Origin: Limisphaerales bacterium | Lineage (GTDB): Bacteria; Verrucomicrobiota; Verrucomicrobiia; Limisphaerales; SIBE01 | Reading direction: 5' to 3' | Length of the DNA stretch: 44,433 nt | NCBI GenBank assembly: GCA_044225505.1 | Contig: JBGAIN010000054.1 | Location: 1 to 44,433, forward strand | Shown here: piece by piece, positions 8,459 to 17,231 of the stretch | Position numbering within the stretch: the first letter of the stretch is position 1 | How the letters are laid out: the number at the start of each line of letters is the position of its first letter | Program-made: the position numbers and the translations under genes | The notes under the pieces: model-generated | The model's input: the letters and a program-made list of their open reading frames with translations, nothing else | What the model was told of the DNA's origin: nothing | Database searches by the model: none

Positions 8459-10248
8459 AACCGCCAAAGTTGCCTACGTCCGACCTTGGAATGCTACAGA
8501 CTGAGTGGCTGGCGGTTTGGCCATCCGCCTTGGCCGCATGGAGCAAGTTTACCCGGCTCCGCCCCCCTCGGTTGTGTGTGACCGACCTCGAGGCGAAGAA
8601 CGAGGGGCTTGCCGGTAGCTTTGCCATGATCCGGTTGCAGGACCAGGCGATCGTCGTCAGCTTGCCGCGTGTTGCTTCGTGCCACGTGGAACGGTTTGCG
8701 CTCGAGATCCTGGCTCATGAAATTGGCCATCATGTCTTAGCTCCCGCGACTTTGGTTGAGCACGGTCGAATGATCGCGCGCATGCGCTGGGCGCTGCCGA
8801 CAGTGGAGAAGCATGCTCCGATGGTTGCCAACCTTTACACCGATTTGCTAATCAATGACCGCCTGCAGCGCAGCGCTCAATTGCGTATGGCGGATGTCTA
8901 TCGAACTCTCGCCGTTGCAGGAGAGGGTGGTGCGGTGTGGGCGCTCTACACGCGCATTTATGAGATCCTTTGGAGTCTGGAGAGAGGCTCGCTTGGCGGT
9001 GGAAAGACAGATGACCGAAGCGAAGGGGATGCGGTTCTTGGCGCGCGCTTGGTGCGCAATTATGCCACCGATTGGCTGGACGGTTCGGGGCGGTTTGCGG
9101 CATTACTGTTGCCGCATCTGATGGAGGATGCGAAGTCCGCGCGCATTTTTGAGAAGTGGCTCGACACGCAGGCTGCCGGCGCGGGTGGGGACCTGACCGG
9201 TCTGGTTGAAGCAGAAACAGGCGAGCGAGAAGGAGCTGTGCATCCCGCTCAGGATGCGTCGTTGTCGGATTTGCTAGATGGTGCGGAGCCAAGCGAGGAC
9301 GGAAACGCCTTGCCAATCGACACGCCGCAAAACCTTCCTGGTCGAGGACAGGCGCGTGAGCCTTTTCAGTTCGGTGAGATCCTTCGAGCGATGGGGATCC
9401 AAATTGCTGATCATGCGGCGGCGGTCCGATACTACCGTGAACGCGCGCGTCCCTATCTGATTCCCTTTCCCAGTCAGCCGACTCCCGTAGGCACCGAACC
9501 GCTTCCGGAAGGATTGGAGCCCTGGCAGATCGGAGACGCATTCGACATGGCGGACTGGTTCCAATCGGTTCTGCAGAGTCCTCGCGTCGTTCCCGGCCTC
9601 ACCACGGTGCAGAGAGTGTGGGGCATGTCGGAAAGCCAGGAACCCAAACGCCAGCCGCTCGACCTCGATCTTTACGTCGACAGTTCGGGATCGATGCCCA
9701 ATCCACAACGATATACCTCCTTTCCCGCGTTAGCCGGCGCTATCCTCGGGATTTCTGCTTTGCGCGCCGGTGCCCGCGTCCAAGCGACGCTCTGGAGCGG
9801 TAAGCGCCAGTTCGTTTCCACGCCAGGTTTCGTGCGTGATGTCGACTCCGTGTTGGGAGTGCTCACCGGTTATTTCGGAGGTGCCACTGCGTTCCCCATT
9901 CATATCCTTCGCGAAACATACGGTGCCCGAAAGGGGGACGCTCGGCCTACTCATATTCTGGTGATTTCCGACGACGGTATATCGACCATGTTTGACGCCG
10001 ATGAACGGGGCAAATCCGGGTGGGAAGTCGCCGCCATGGCGCTCAGGAAGGCTGCTGGAGGAGGAACGCTGGTTTTAAATCTACCCTCAACCTGGGAGGC
10101 CCAACAAGGCCCCTGTGCTGCCATCCGGCGCGCTCGGAATGAACAGGGCTGGACCGTGTGTCGGGTCGCGTCTTTGGAGGATCTCGTGGAATTCGCGCGC
10201 AACTTTAGCCACCTTCGCTATGGCCCAAGTTCGGGCGCTCAAAGGTGA
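8455..10248 (+). CDS. HEXXH metallopeptidase-like domain fused to a C-terminal vWA domain
   Basis: LAHEIGHH (HEIGH at 8716-8730) plus NLYTDLLIND; acidic Gly/Pro-rich linker; MIDAS YVDSSGS (DSSGS at 9679-9693), GGAT, ILVISDD. Confidence 0.87.
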   Translation: MKPPKLPTSDLGMLQTEWLAVWPSALAAWSKFTRLRPPRLCVTDLEAKNEGLAGSFAMIRLQDQAIVVSLPRVASCHVERFALEILAHEIGHHVLAPATLVEHGRMIARMRWALPTVEKHAPMVANLYTDLLINDRLQRSAQLRMADVYRTLAVAGEGGAVWALYTRIYEILWSLERGSLGGGKTDDRSEGDAVLGARLVRNYATDWLDGSGRFAALLLPHLMEDAKSARIFEKWLDTQAAGAGGDLTGLVEAETGEREGAVHPAQDASLSDLLDGAEPSEDGNALPIDTPQNLPGRGQAREPFQFGEILRAMGIQIADHAAAVRYYRERARPYLIPFPSQPTPVGTEPLPEGLEPWQIGDAFDMADWFQSVLQSPRVVPGLTTVQRVWGMSESQEPKRQPLDLDLYVDSSGSMPNPQRYTSFPALAGAILGISALRAGARVQATLWSGKRQFVSTPGFVRDVDSVLGVLTGYFGGATAFPIHILRETYGARKGDARPTHILVISDDGISTMFDADERGKSGWEVAAMALRKAAGGGTLVLNLPSTWEAQQGPCAAIRRARNEQGWTVCRVASLEDLVEFARNFSHLRYGPSSGAQR

Positions 10249-11231
10249 GATCAATAGAAAGCATGGTCGTTGTTTGGCGAATTACCCAGCGCTGCAATTT
10301 AAGTTGTCCGTTTTGTGCTTACGATCGAACCAACGCTTGGCCGCGGCGCGAGGCTGACGCTGCGCGTATTCGGCGCTTTGGCGCTGTCTTGGCCGAATAC
10401 CAGAGTGTTACAGGGTGCTCCGTGCTCGTCAGTTGGCTGGGCGGCGAGCCCTTTCTCTTTCCAGGCTTGCAGGATTTGACTGCTTTCTTCGCGACTCAGC
10501 TCGGCCTCCGGGTCAGCATCACATCCAACGGAACAACTCTCGACTCCGCCCATGTGCGTGAACACATTTGCGCCCACTATTCAGAACTAACCATTAGCGT
10601 CGACGGGATTGGCTCCGTCCACGACGAGTTACGCGGATGGCCAGGTGCTTACGCCAGCTTGCGCAACGCTATCAGCGCCCTCGCTGAGACCAAGCGTCAG
10701 GACGGCCGCGGGCCGCGGCTGCGTGCCAATGTTGTCTTGATGCGCCAAACCCTCGCCCGCTTTGAGTCGCTTTGCGTCGAACTCGCCGATTGGGGCATCG
10801 AAGAAATTACTTACAACCAACTGGGAGGCCGGGATCGGCCATCGTTCTTTCCATCCCATCGACTGCTGCCTGAACAAACTGCCTGGCTTCTCCGCGAAGT
10901 CCCCCGAATCCGTCTTCATTTGGCAGCACGGCACGTGTCGCTGAACGGAAGCGAGAACTATCTTCGTCGTATTCAAGCCAGCAGCCGTGACGAAACAATT
11001 CTGGTTTCAGAGTGTCGTCCGGGGCGGCAGTTTCTGTTTGTGAACGAGAATGGGATTGTTTCTCCGTGCAGTTTCACGACGCGAGAGTATGGAGTCGCTC
11101 TGGAAGAGCTGGATAGTCTTGCCTCTTTGCGAGAGCTGCCGATGCGCTGGGCGGACCAACGGCGTGAAAGGCGCTCCGTTGCTTGCGAAGATTGCCATAG
11201 CACCCATGTTTTTGAGAAGTTTGGACTATAA
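10245..11231 (+). CDS. Radical SAM protein with Twitch/SPASM-like C-terminal domain
   Basis: CNLSCPFC (CxxxCxxC), LGGEP, SNGT, ISVDG..HDELRG; auxiliary cysteines in ECRPG...SPCSF...CEDC. GTG start overlaps the upstream TGA. Confidence 0.92.
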   Translation: MRSIESMVVVWRITQRCNLSCPFCAYDRTNAWPRREADAARIRRFGAVLAEYQSVTGCSVLVSWLGGEPFLFPGLQDLTAFFATQLGLRVSITSNGTTLDSAHVREHICAHYSELTISVDGIGSVHDELRGWPGAYASLRNAISALAETKRQDGRGPRLRANVVLMRQTLARFESLCVELADWGIEEITYNQLGGRDRPSFFPSHRLLPEQTAWLLREVPRIRLHLAARHVSLNGSENYLRRIQASSRDETILVSECRPGRQFLFVNENGIVSPCSFTTREYGVALEELDSLASLRELPMRWADQRRERRSVACEDCHSTHVFEKFGL

Positions 11232-11234
11232 GCA

Positions 11235-11819
11235 ATGGACACCGAAGGCCCAATTCTGGAAACACTGACACGCCGCCTGGCCGAGACGCCGGAAGAATTC
11301 CTGGGCGAGCCTCGCATCGGCGGAACAGGCCAAGTGCACGTAGCGGCGGTCGCGGGCGACCTGCTTCGTGCTTTGGGAGCGTCTCCGGATGCCAAGTCAC
11401 TCTCTGTCTTCACCGGACGTGACCCGCAACGAGATAGGAATCGACTGGCATTGACGCTCCTCCTCTCCTGGCTGTTGGGCGACGATTGGTTTCAGCAAAC
11501 GAAACACGACGCCCGCAAATTGTTCTGTCTGCTAGATGCCGAAGCCGCGGAATTGGCACTGCAAACTGCCGCGCGACGCTTTGTGACTGATCCCGAACGG
11601 CGTGAGGAATTAGCGCGTTTTACTTTGGCGCAGCTCGGTTTTCGGCCTGCGGGAGAAACTCTCGCTCAAGCTCAAGATCGGTTAACGACTTTGAGCTCCG
11701 CGGAACGCGCTCGCGTGATTAAGGCTGCCCAGACAGCGGAATTGCGGGCCAGGCAAATCCGTGAAGCTCTCGCTCGCAAGGCTGCCGATGAATCTGCAGA
11801 CAAATGGACGCGCGAATAA
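11235..11819 (+). CDS. Hypothetical all-alpha protein, 194 aa
   Basis: Starts 3 nt after the radical SAM stop and overlaps the next gene. Contains DPERREELAR and a charged helical tail (RARQIREALARKAADESADKWTRE). Confidence 0.8.
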   Translation: MDTEGPILETLTRRLAETPEEFLGEPRIGGTGQVHVAAVAGDLLRALGASPDAKSLSVFTGRDPQRDRNRLALTLLLSWLLGDDWFQQTKHDARKLFCLLDAEAAELALQTAARRFVTDPERREELARFTLAQLGFRPAGETLAQAQDRLTTLSSAERARVIKAAQTAELRARQIREALARKAADESADKWTRE

Positions 11820-13171
11820 TAGACGACAGTATTTCAATTGGGGCGCGTTACCCGACATTAACGGATGCCGGGCACCAGATGCTCCATTTCCTGCGAGAGC
11901 ATCCACATGCTCCTATCTTTCGCAATGAAAGCGGCAATCGCCTGACAGCGGAGGATGTCGCGGAGGTGCGCGCTTTTGAGCGTCAAGTCGAGCAAGCGCC
12001 TATTGGCTGGTCTCCAGGCGAACTTCCCACCTGGATTCACGATTTCCTGGAATGGGCGCTGGCCGATGTACCTTTCTACCGACGTTACGGATCGGTCCCG
12101 AGCCACCTTCACCATTTGCCAACGATTTCACGAGCGGATTTAAGCCGTGACATCACGCAATTCGTGCCCGACTCGCTTCCCATCGATCGGTTGGTGAACT
12201 ACCGCACAAGCGGTACAACGGGGCATCCGTTGTTGCTGGCATCCCATCCGGTCGTGGCCGCAAACTACTTAGCATTCCATAAGCGCGCCTTGCGCCGTGT
12301 CGGAATCGATTTGCGCCACGGTCGAGGACAAGTGGGAGTTGTCCTGGTCGGATTCCAACGGACGTGTTTCACGTATGTTTCTGTGACTCCCACTATGGAC
12401 GAGTCCGGTTTAGCCAAGATCAATCTCCACCCAGCGGACTGGCGCGATCCGGCAGACCGAGTGGAATACCTCGATGCATTGTCGCCCGAAATATATACTG
12501 GAGATCCGATCGCGTTCGCTGAATTGGCTAAATTGCCGTTGCGAAAGTCTCCACGCGCCATGCTTTCCACGTCCATGACATTACTCCCGGCAATGCGGCA
12601 GCGGCTTGAGCAGCGGTTCGGATGTCCCGTGCTGGATCTCTATTCTATGAACGAAGCGGGCCCGGTGGCTGTCCAAGATGCGACCGCTGGCGGGCACGTC
12701 TTATTGCAACATCGCCTCTATCTGGAGATCTTGGATGAAAAGGGCTGCCCGCAGCCGCCGGGGAAACGTGGAGAGGTGGCTCTCACAGGTGGTTTCAACA
12801 CCTATCTGCCGTTGATTCGGTATCGAACAGGTGACTATGCCCACTTGCGCTTTTATGGGAACGAACCGGTGTTGATTGGCTTGGAAGGGCGGCTGCCAGT
12901 TCGGTTCCGCACTGTCCACGGTGAATGGCTTAACAACATCGAAGTGACCCATGCGCTTCGTCGGTTTGCTTTCCCTCAGTTTACCCTTCACCAGGACTCT
13001 GACGGCAGACTTTGCCTTCGACTGGGCCAAGGCATTCAGGAGGGCGGCGTCCGCGACACCCTTCTCGAGTTGTTCGGTCCTGAGCAAAGGCTGAGCATCG
13101 AAGTAGTGCCTGACTTCGATGGGAAGATTGTCCAGTACACGTCGGCCCTGGAACATTCATTTCTGGCTTAG
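11804..13171 (+). CDS. Phenylacetate-CoA ligase / CapK-like adenylate-forming enzyme
   Basis: VPFYR, LPTISRADL, TSGTTG P-loop, YSMNEAG, GEVALT, PLIRYRTGD, LEGR. Confidence 0.88.
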   Translation: MDARIIDDSISIGARYPTLTDAGHQMLHFLREHPHAPIFRNESGNRLTAEDVAEVRAFERQVEQAPIGWSPGELPTWIHDFLEWALADVPFYRRYGSVPSHLHHLPTISRADLSRDITQFVPDSLPIDRLVNYRTSGTTGHPLLLASHPVVAANYLAFHKRALRRVGIDLRHGRGQVGVVLVGFQRTCFTYVSVTPTMDESGLAKINLHPADWRDPADRVEYLDALSPEIYTGDPIAFAELAKLPLRKSPRAMLSTSMTLLPAMRQRLEQRFGCPVLDLYSMNEAGPVAVQDATAGGHVLLQHRLYLEILDEKGCPQPPGKRGEVALTGGFNTYLPLIRYRTGDYAHLRFYGNEPVLIGLEGRLPVRFRTVHGEWLNNIEVTHALRRFAFPQFTLHQDSDGRLCLRLGQGIQEGGVRDTLLELFGPEQRLSIEVVPDFDGKIVQYTSALEHSFLA

Positions 13172-13252
13172 CTAGGTCACGGAGAAACGTCGTGGAGGGA
13201 TGAGCGCGGTCGTGGCCGAGCATAGACTATCTTCTTCGCGGGGAGTGGGCTT

Positions 13253-13280
13253 TGTATCAAAAGACGTTGTCGAAGGGACT
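13253..13280 (+). promoter_or_regulatory. Possible TGTA-N20-GACT promoter copy upstream of the asnB operon
   Basis: TGTATC at 13253-13258 and GACT at 13277-13280, the same spacing as the copies at 2581 and 24849. Confidence 0.25.
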
Positions 13281-13504
13281 ACTTTAAGTTCCTGCGACGA
13301 TCATCAGGCAAAGTCACGTGGTCTTCAAACTGTTCCCTGTCTTGGCTAATGGTAATTCGGGTGAACAACATGGCACGGGGCCAGCTTTCCCAGTGTGAGT
13401 TTGCGAAAAAGGCAGCCACCGCTGTCTCGGATCAGGACAAGCCTGATCGATAGTCGACCGCGATGTGGCAGCTATCGAGGTTGTAGCAATGTATTAGGTG
13501 TGCT

Positions 13505-15457
13505 GTGTGCGGAATCGCGGGATATAAGAATTTGGATGGTCGCCCGATCGATCAATCTTTACTAACAAGGATGGTCGCAGGCGTGTCGCATCGCGGGCCG
13601 GACGGCCAGGGCTTCTTCTTGGACGAGAAAGCCGGGGTTGGTCTTGCCCACGCGCGGTTGGGCATTATCGACCTTCAGACCGGACAGCAACCGATCGGAA
13701 ACGAAGATGGAACTGTGGTCGTCGTGGCCAACGGGGAAATTTTCAATTACATCGAATTACGTCGCGACTTGGCGGCTCAGGGCCATATTTTTAAAACACA
13801 GTCCGACATCGAAACGATCGTCCATCTCTACGAGGAGTATGGCGAAGACTTGGTACACCAACTGAACGGTCAATTCGCATTCGCTCTTTGGGATGGGCGG
13901 CGCAGGCGATTAATGCTGGTTCGAGATCGGCCTGGAATTCTGCCGCTGTTCTATTGCCAAACGCCCAGTCGGCTCGCGTTCGGGTCAGAGATCAAATCTT
14001 TGCTGCCCGCGTTGGACTCGGTTCCGGCAATGAATCCCGATGCTTTGGCCGAGATTCTCACTTATTGGGCGCCAGTCTCGCCCGGCACAGCTTTCAAAGG
14101 CATCTTCGAAGTGGAGCCCGGCCAAATGCTTTGCCTGGATTCCGCGGCTGACGCTCCCGTTCGCAAAAGAAAATATTGGAATTGGATGCTGGCTAGTTCG
14201 AGCGAGTGCCGCAGCGCCTCGGATTCTACTGGGAAGCTTCGGCTGGCGGAAGAACTCTACGGGCTACTCGACGATTCGGTTCGCATTCGCCTGCGCGCTG
14301 ACGTTCCGGTTGGGGTCTACATTTCTGGGGGACTGGATTCCTCGGTGTTGGCCGCCCTCGTGCGCAAGAGACAAGAGTCGGTGACAGCCTTTTGCGTTGG
14401 ATTCGAAGACAAAGAGCTTGATGAGGGCCCTTACCAGGACGAAGTGGCGAAGTCGCTATCGATTGATGCCAGTCGGGTGGTGTGCAAGGCGAAGGATATC
14501 CGGGAGCGTTTTCTGCAATGTGTCGAAGCTTGCGAGGTTCCGATCACCCGGGCCGCGCCCGTGCCGATGTTCCTTTTGTCGGAACGCGTTTCAAAGTCAG
14601 GCTGCCGCGTTGTCCTAACGGGCGAAGGGGCCGATGAGGTTCTTGGTGGCTATGGACTGTTCCAAGAGGCCAAAATCCGTGCGTTCTGCGCTCGGTTTCC
14701 GGACAGTTCGATGCGGTCGGCGCTATTCAAGCGACTTTATCCTGATCTGAACGTGACTCGGGGGCAGTCCGTGCGCACGCTGAAGTCGTTTTTCGCAAGC
14801 GGCGATTCCGTGGAGTCTCCTTATTTCTCTCATTTCAACCGGTGGAAGACCGGAGCCTGGGCGTGTGGTTTCTTAACTGCGCGCTTTCGGACTGCTCCAA
14901 GCTATACTTCCGTCGCCAGCGTCAGGCCAGCGGAACTGGCTCAGATTCCGCTTCTTTCGCGCGCCCAACTGTTGGAAGTGAAGACTTTCATGGCGCCGTA
15001 CTTGTTGTCATCGCAGGGAGATCGCATGTTGATGGCGCACGCTGTGGAGGGGCGCTTTCCTTACTTGGATCATCGAGTCATTGAGTTCGCCAATGCCTTG
15101 GACCCCAGGCTTAAAATGAGAGGACTCATCTCCAAATACTTGCTTCGCACCGTTGGCGCCCGATTGGTTCCTCCCGCGGTGCTTAACCGGCCGAAGCACG
15201 CCTACCGGGCGCCAGACGCGGAGGCTTTTTGCGCCGTTCCCAGGCCAGACTATGTCCACGAGTTGCTGAGTGACAGAACGATCGAGGAATACGGCTACTT
15301 CGACAGTAAAAGGGTTGCGCAACTCGATCGAAAGATTCAGGCGGCTGTTTCCGGGAGGACTCCTGTGAGCCATCGAGAAAGCTTGCTCTGGATGACGGTG
15401 CTATCTACTCAAGCGTGGCACTTTCGCTTCCAAATCAAGAAATACGGAGTTTCATGA
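13505..15457 (+). CDS. asnB: Asparagine synthase (glutamine-hydrolysing)
   Basis: GTG start with MCGIAG (Ntn Cys), HRGPD, NGEIFN, SGGLDSS PP-loop, LTGEGADE, VEGRFPYLD. Confidence 0.95.
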   Translation: MCGIAGYKNLDGRPIDQSLLTRMVAGVSHRGPDGQGFFLDEKAGVGLAHARLGIIDLQTGQQPIGNEDGTVVVVANGEIFNYIELRRDLAAQGHIFKTQSDIETIVHLYEEYGEDLVHQLNGQFAFALWDGRRRRLMLVRDRPGILPLFYCQTPSRLAFGSEIKSLLPALDSVPAMNPDALAEILTYWAPVSPGTAFKGIFEVEPGQMLCLDSAADAPVRKRKYWNWMLASSSECRSASDSTGKLRLAEELYGLLDDSVRIRLRADVPVGVYISGGLDSSVLAALVRKRQESVTAFCVGFEDKELDEGPYQDEVAKSLSIDASRVVCKAKDIRERFLQCVEACEVPITRAAPVPMFLLSERVSKSGCRVVLTGEGADEVLGGYGLFQEAKIRAFCARFPDSSMRSALFKRLYPDLNVTRGQSVRTLKSFFASGDSVESPYFSHFNRWKTGAWACGFLTARFRTAPSYTSVASVRPAELAQIPLLSRAQLLEVKTFMAPYLLSSQGDRMLMAHAVEGRFPYLDHRVIEFANALDPRLKMRGLISKYLLRTVGARLVPPAVLNRPKHAYRAPDAEAFCAVPRPDYVHELLSDRTIEEYGYFDSKRVAQLDRKIQAAVSGRTPVSHRESLLWMTVLSTQAWHFRFQIKKYGVS

Positions 15458-15714
15458 AGGATCACCGGCAGACCATCCGAAGTTTTATTCTGGAGAATTT
15501 TCTGTTTTCTGACGACGAATCCGAACTGAGAGACTCCGATTCGTTTCAGGCGACGAGGATCATCGATTCCATGGGCATGATGGAGTTGATTCACTTCATT
15601 GAGAAAATCGCTGGAATCAAGATTCCCGACGAGGAAATGAGCCCAGAACACCTCGATTCCGTAGATCGGATCGTTCAATATATCGAGGGGAAGTCGCAAG
15701 GCAGACGCGAATGA
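15454..15714 (+). CDS. Acyl carrier protein
   Basis: Small acidic protein (MKDHRQTIRSFILENFLF...IIDSMGMMELIHFIE) with a DS phosphopantetheine site. ATGA overlaps on both sides. Confidence 0.92.
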   Translation: MKDHRQTIRSFILENFLFSDDESELRDSDSFQATRIIDSMGMMELIHFIEKIAGIKIPDEEMSPEHLDSVDRIVQYIEGKSQGRRE

Positions 15715-17231
15715 TCAAAGACGGTCCAACCGTAGTGCATTTTTTGGCTGAATCGGTCCGGCGCTTTCCTGATCGGCAAGCCATGGTCTACCAAGGAAAG
15801 TCTACCACTTACGCCGAACTTTGGAGCGCGATGACGGCGTTCACCCAACACATTCAATCCACCGGACTGACTCCTGGCGACCGTATCGCCATCGTGATTC
15901 CCAACTCGCTTGAGTACGTGGCGGCGAGCTACGGAACTATGGCTGCGCGAGGGGTAGTGGTGGGGCTGAGCGCGGAGGCAATAGCTGCCGAGAACTTGCG
16001 TCTCATTCGACATTGTGGTGCCTCCATGGTCATTCTTTCGGACAACTATCTCGAAGCACCAAGGCTCGCACGCGAGTTGGAAGAAACCGTGCGACTGCTG
16101 CGCGTATCCGAAGTAGCGTGTCTTAAGCGGACGGCGGCATTGGACCGCTTGCCGACGCGGCATGAACTTGCCGCGATTGTTTATACATCTGGGACGACCG
16201 GAGCGCCAAAGGGCGTGATGATCAGCCACGGCAACCTAGCGAGCAATACCGAATCCATCTTGAGTTACCTGTCCCTTTCGCCTCAGGACCGGGTTTTGTG
16301 CGTCTTGCCATTCTCTTACGCATATGGGAGTTCGGTGCTGCACACGCATTTGGCGGCGGGTAGTTCCGTGGTGGTCGAAGATGGTCTTTTATATCCTGAA
16401 TTGGCCATGCGCGCGTTGATCGAACAGGGGGTAACCGGTATTGCCGGTGTGCCCTGGATGCTGGCACGTCTGCTGAACTTCCGTCAGTTCAACAGTGAAT
16501 CGATTCGAACACTCCGTAGCGTCACCCAGGCGGGAGCGCCGATGCCTGCAGCTACGATCGACCGTCTTTGTGAGCGTTTCCCGGAAATGCAGTTCTTCGC
16601 GATGTATGGCCAAACCGAAGCGACCGCGCGACTGACCTATTTGCCACCCAGGGACGTGAGACGAAAGCGCGGGTCGGTAGGCGTGGCCATTCCTGGCGTC
16701 ACTCTGGAAATCCGACGTGACGATGGAACTCGCGCTGTCCTGAACGAAACGGGCGAGGTCTTTGCGACTGGCCCTAATATCATGGAGGGTTATTGGAACG
16801 CACCCGAGGCGACAGCCCGAGTAATCAGCTGCGAACCCACCGGACGCTGGCTTCGGACTGGGGACATGGGACGGCTTGACGAGGACGGGTATCTCTATCT
16901 AGTCGGGCGCAATACAGAGTTGATCAAGACCGGAGCGCATCGGGTTAGCCCCCTGGAAATCGAGGAAGCGGTTACGCAGTTGAAAGGAGTCGCGGAAGCC
17001 GTGGCGTTCGGGATTTCCGATCCTGCCCTGGGCGAGGCGATCGTGCTAGCCGTCGTGAAGGAAAAACACGCGGGGCTGGACGAGCGAACGGTTCTCCGTC
17101 ACTGTCGCCTCAATCTCAGCCAGCATAAGATTCCTCGACACATTCTGTTTCTGGAGGGCTTGCCCAAGACCGCTAATGGCAAACCTCGGCGAAAAGACTT
17201 GAATGAGCTTATTGCGCAAAAGTTGTCTTGA
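15711..17231 (+). CDS. AMP-binding acyl-CoA/acyl-ACP ligase
   Basis: YTSGTTGAPKG, YGQTEAT, RTGD, GR, PKTANGK. Confidence 0.93.
   Translation: MIKDGPTVVHFLAESVRRFPDRQAMVYQGKSTTYAELWSAMTAFTQHIQSTGLTPGDRIAIVIPNSLEYVAASYGTMAARGVVVGLSAEAIAAENLRLIRHCGASMVILSDNYLEAPRLARELEETVRLLRVSEVACLKRTAALDRLPTRHELAAIVYTSGTTGAPKGVMISHGNLASNTESILSYLSLSPQDRVLCVLPFSYAYGSSVLHTHLAAGSSVVVEDGLLYPELAMRALIEQGVTGIAGVPWMLARLLNFRQFNSESIRTLRSVTQAGAPMPAATIDRLCERFPEMQFFAMYGQTEATARLTYLPPRDVRRKRGSVGVAIPGVTLEIRRDDGTRAVLNETGEVFATGPNIMEGYWNAPEATARVISCEPTGRWLRTGDMGRLDEDGYLYLVGRNTELIKTGAHRVSPLEIEEAVTQLKGVAEAVAFGISDPALGEAIVLAVVKEKHAGLDERTVLRHCRLNLSQHKIPRHILFLEGLPKTANGKPRRKDLNELIAQKLS

Noticed and set aside
13505..15457. AsnB as a lasso-peptide cyclase
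   Set aside because: It keeps the full N-terminal Cys glutaminase domain (MCGIAG), and no B1/B2 proteins or precursor peptide are nearby.
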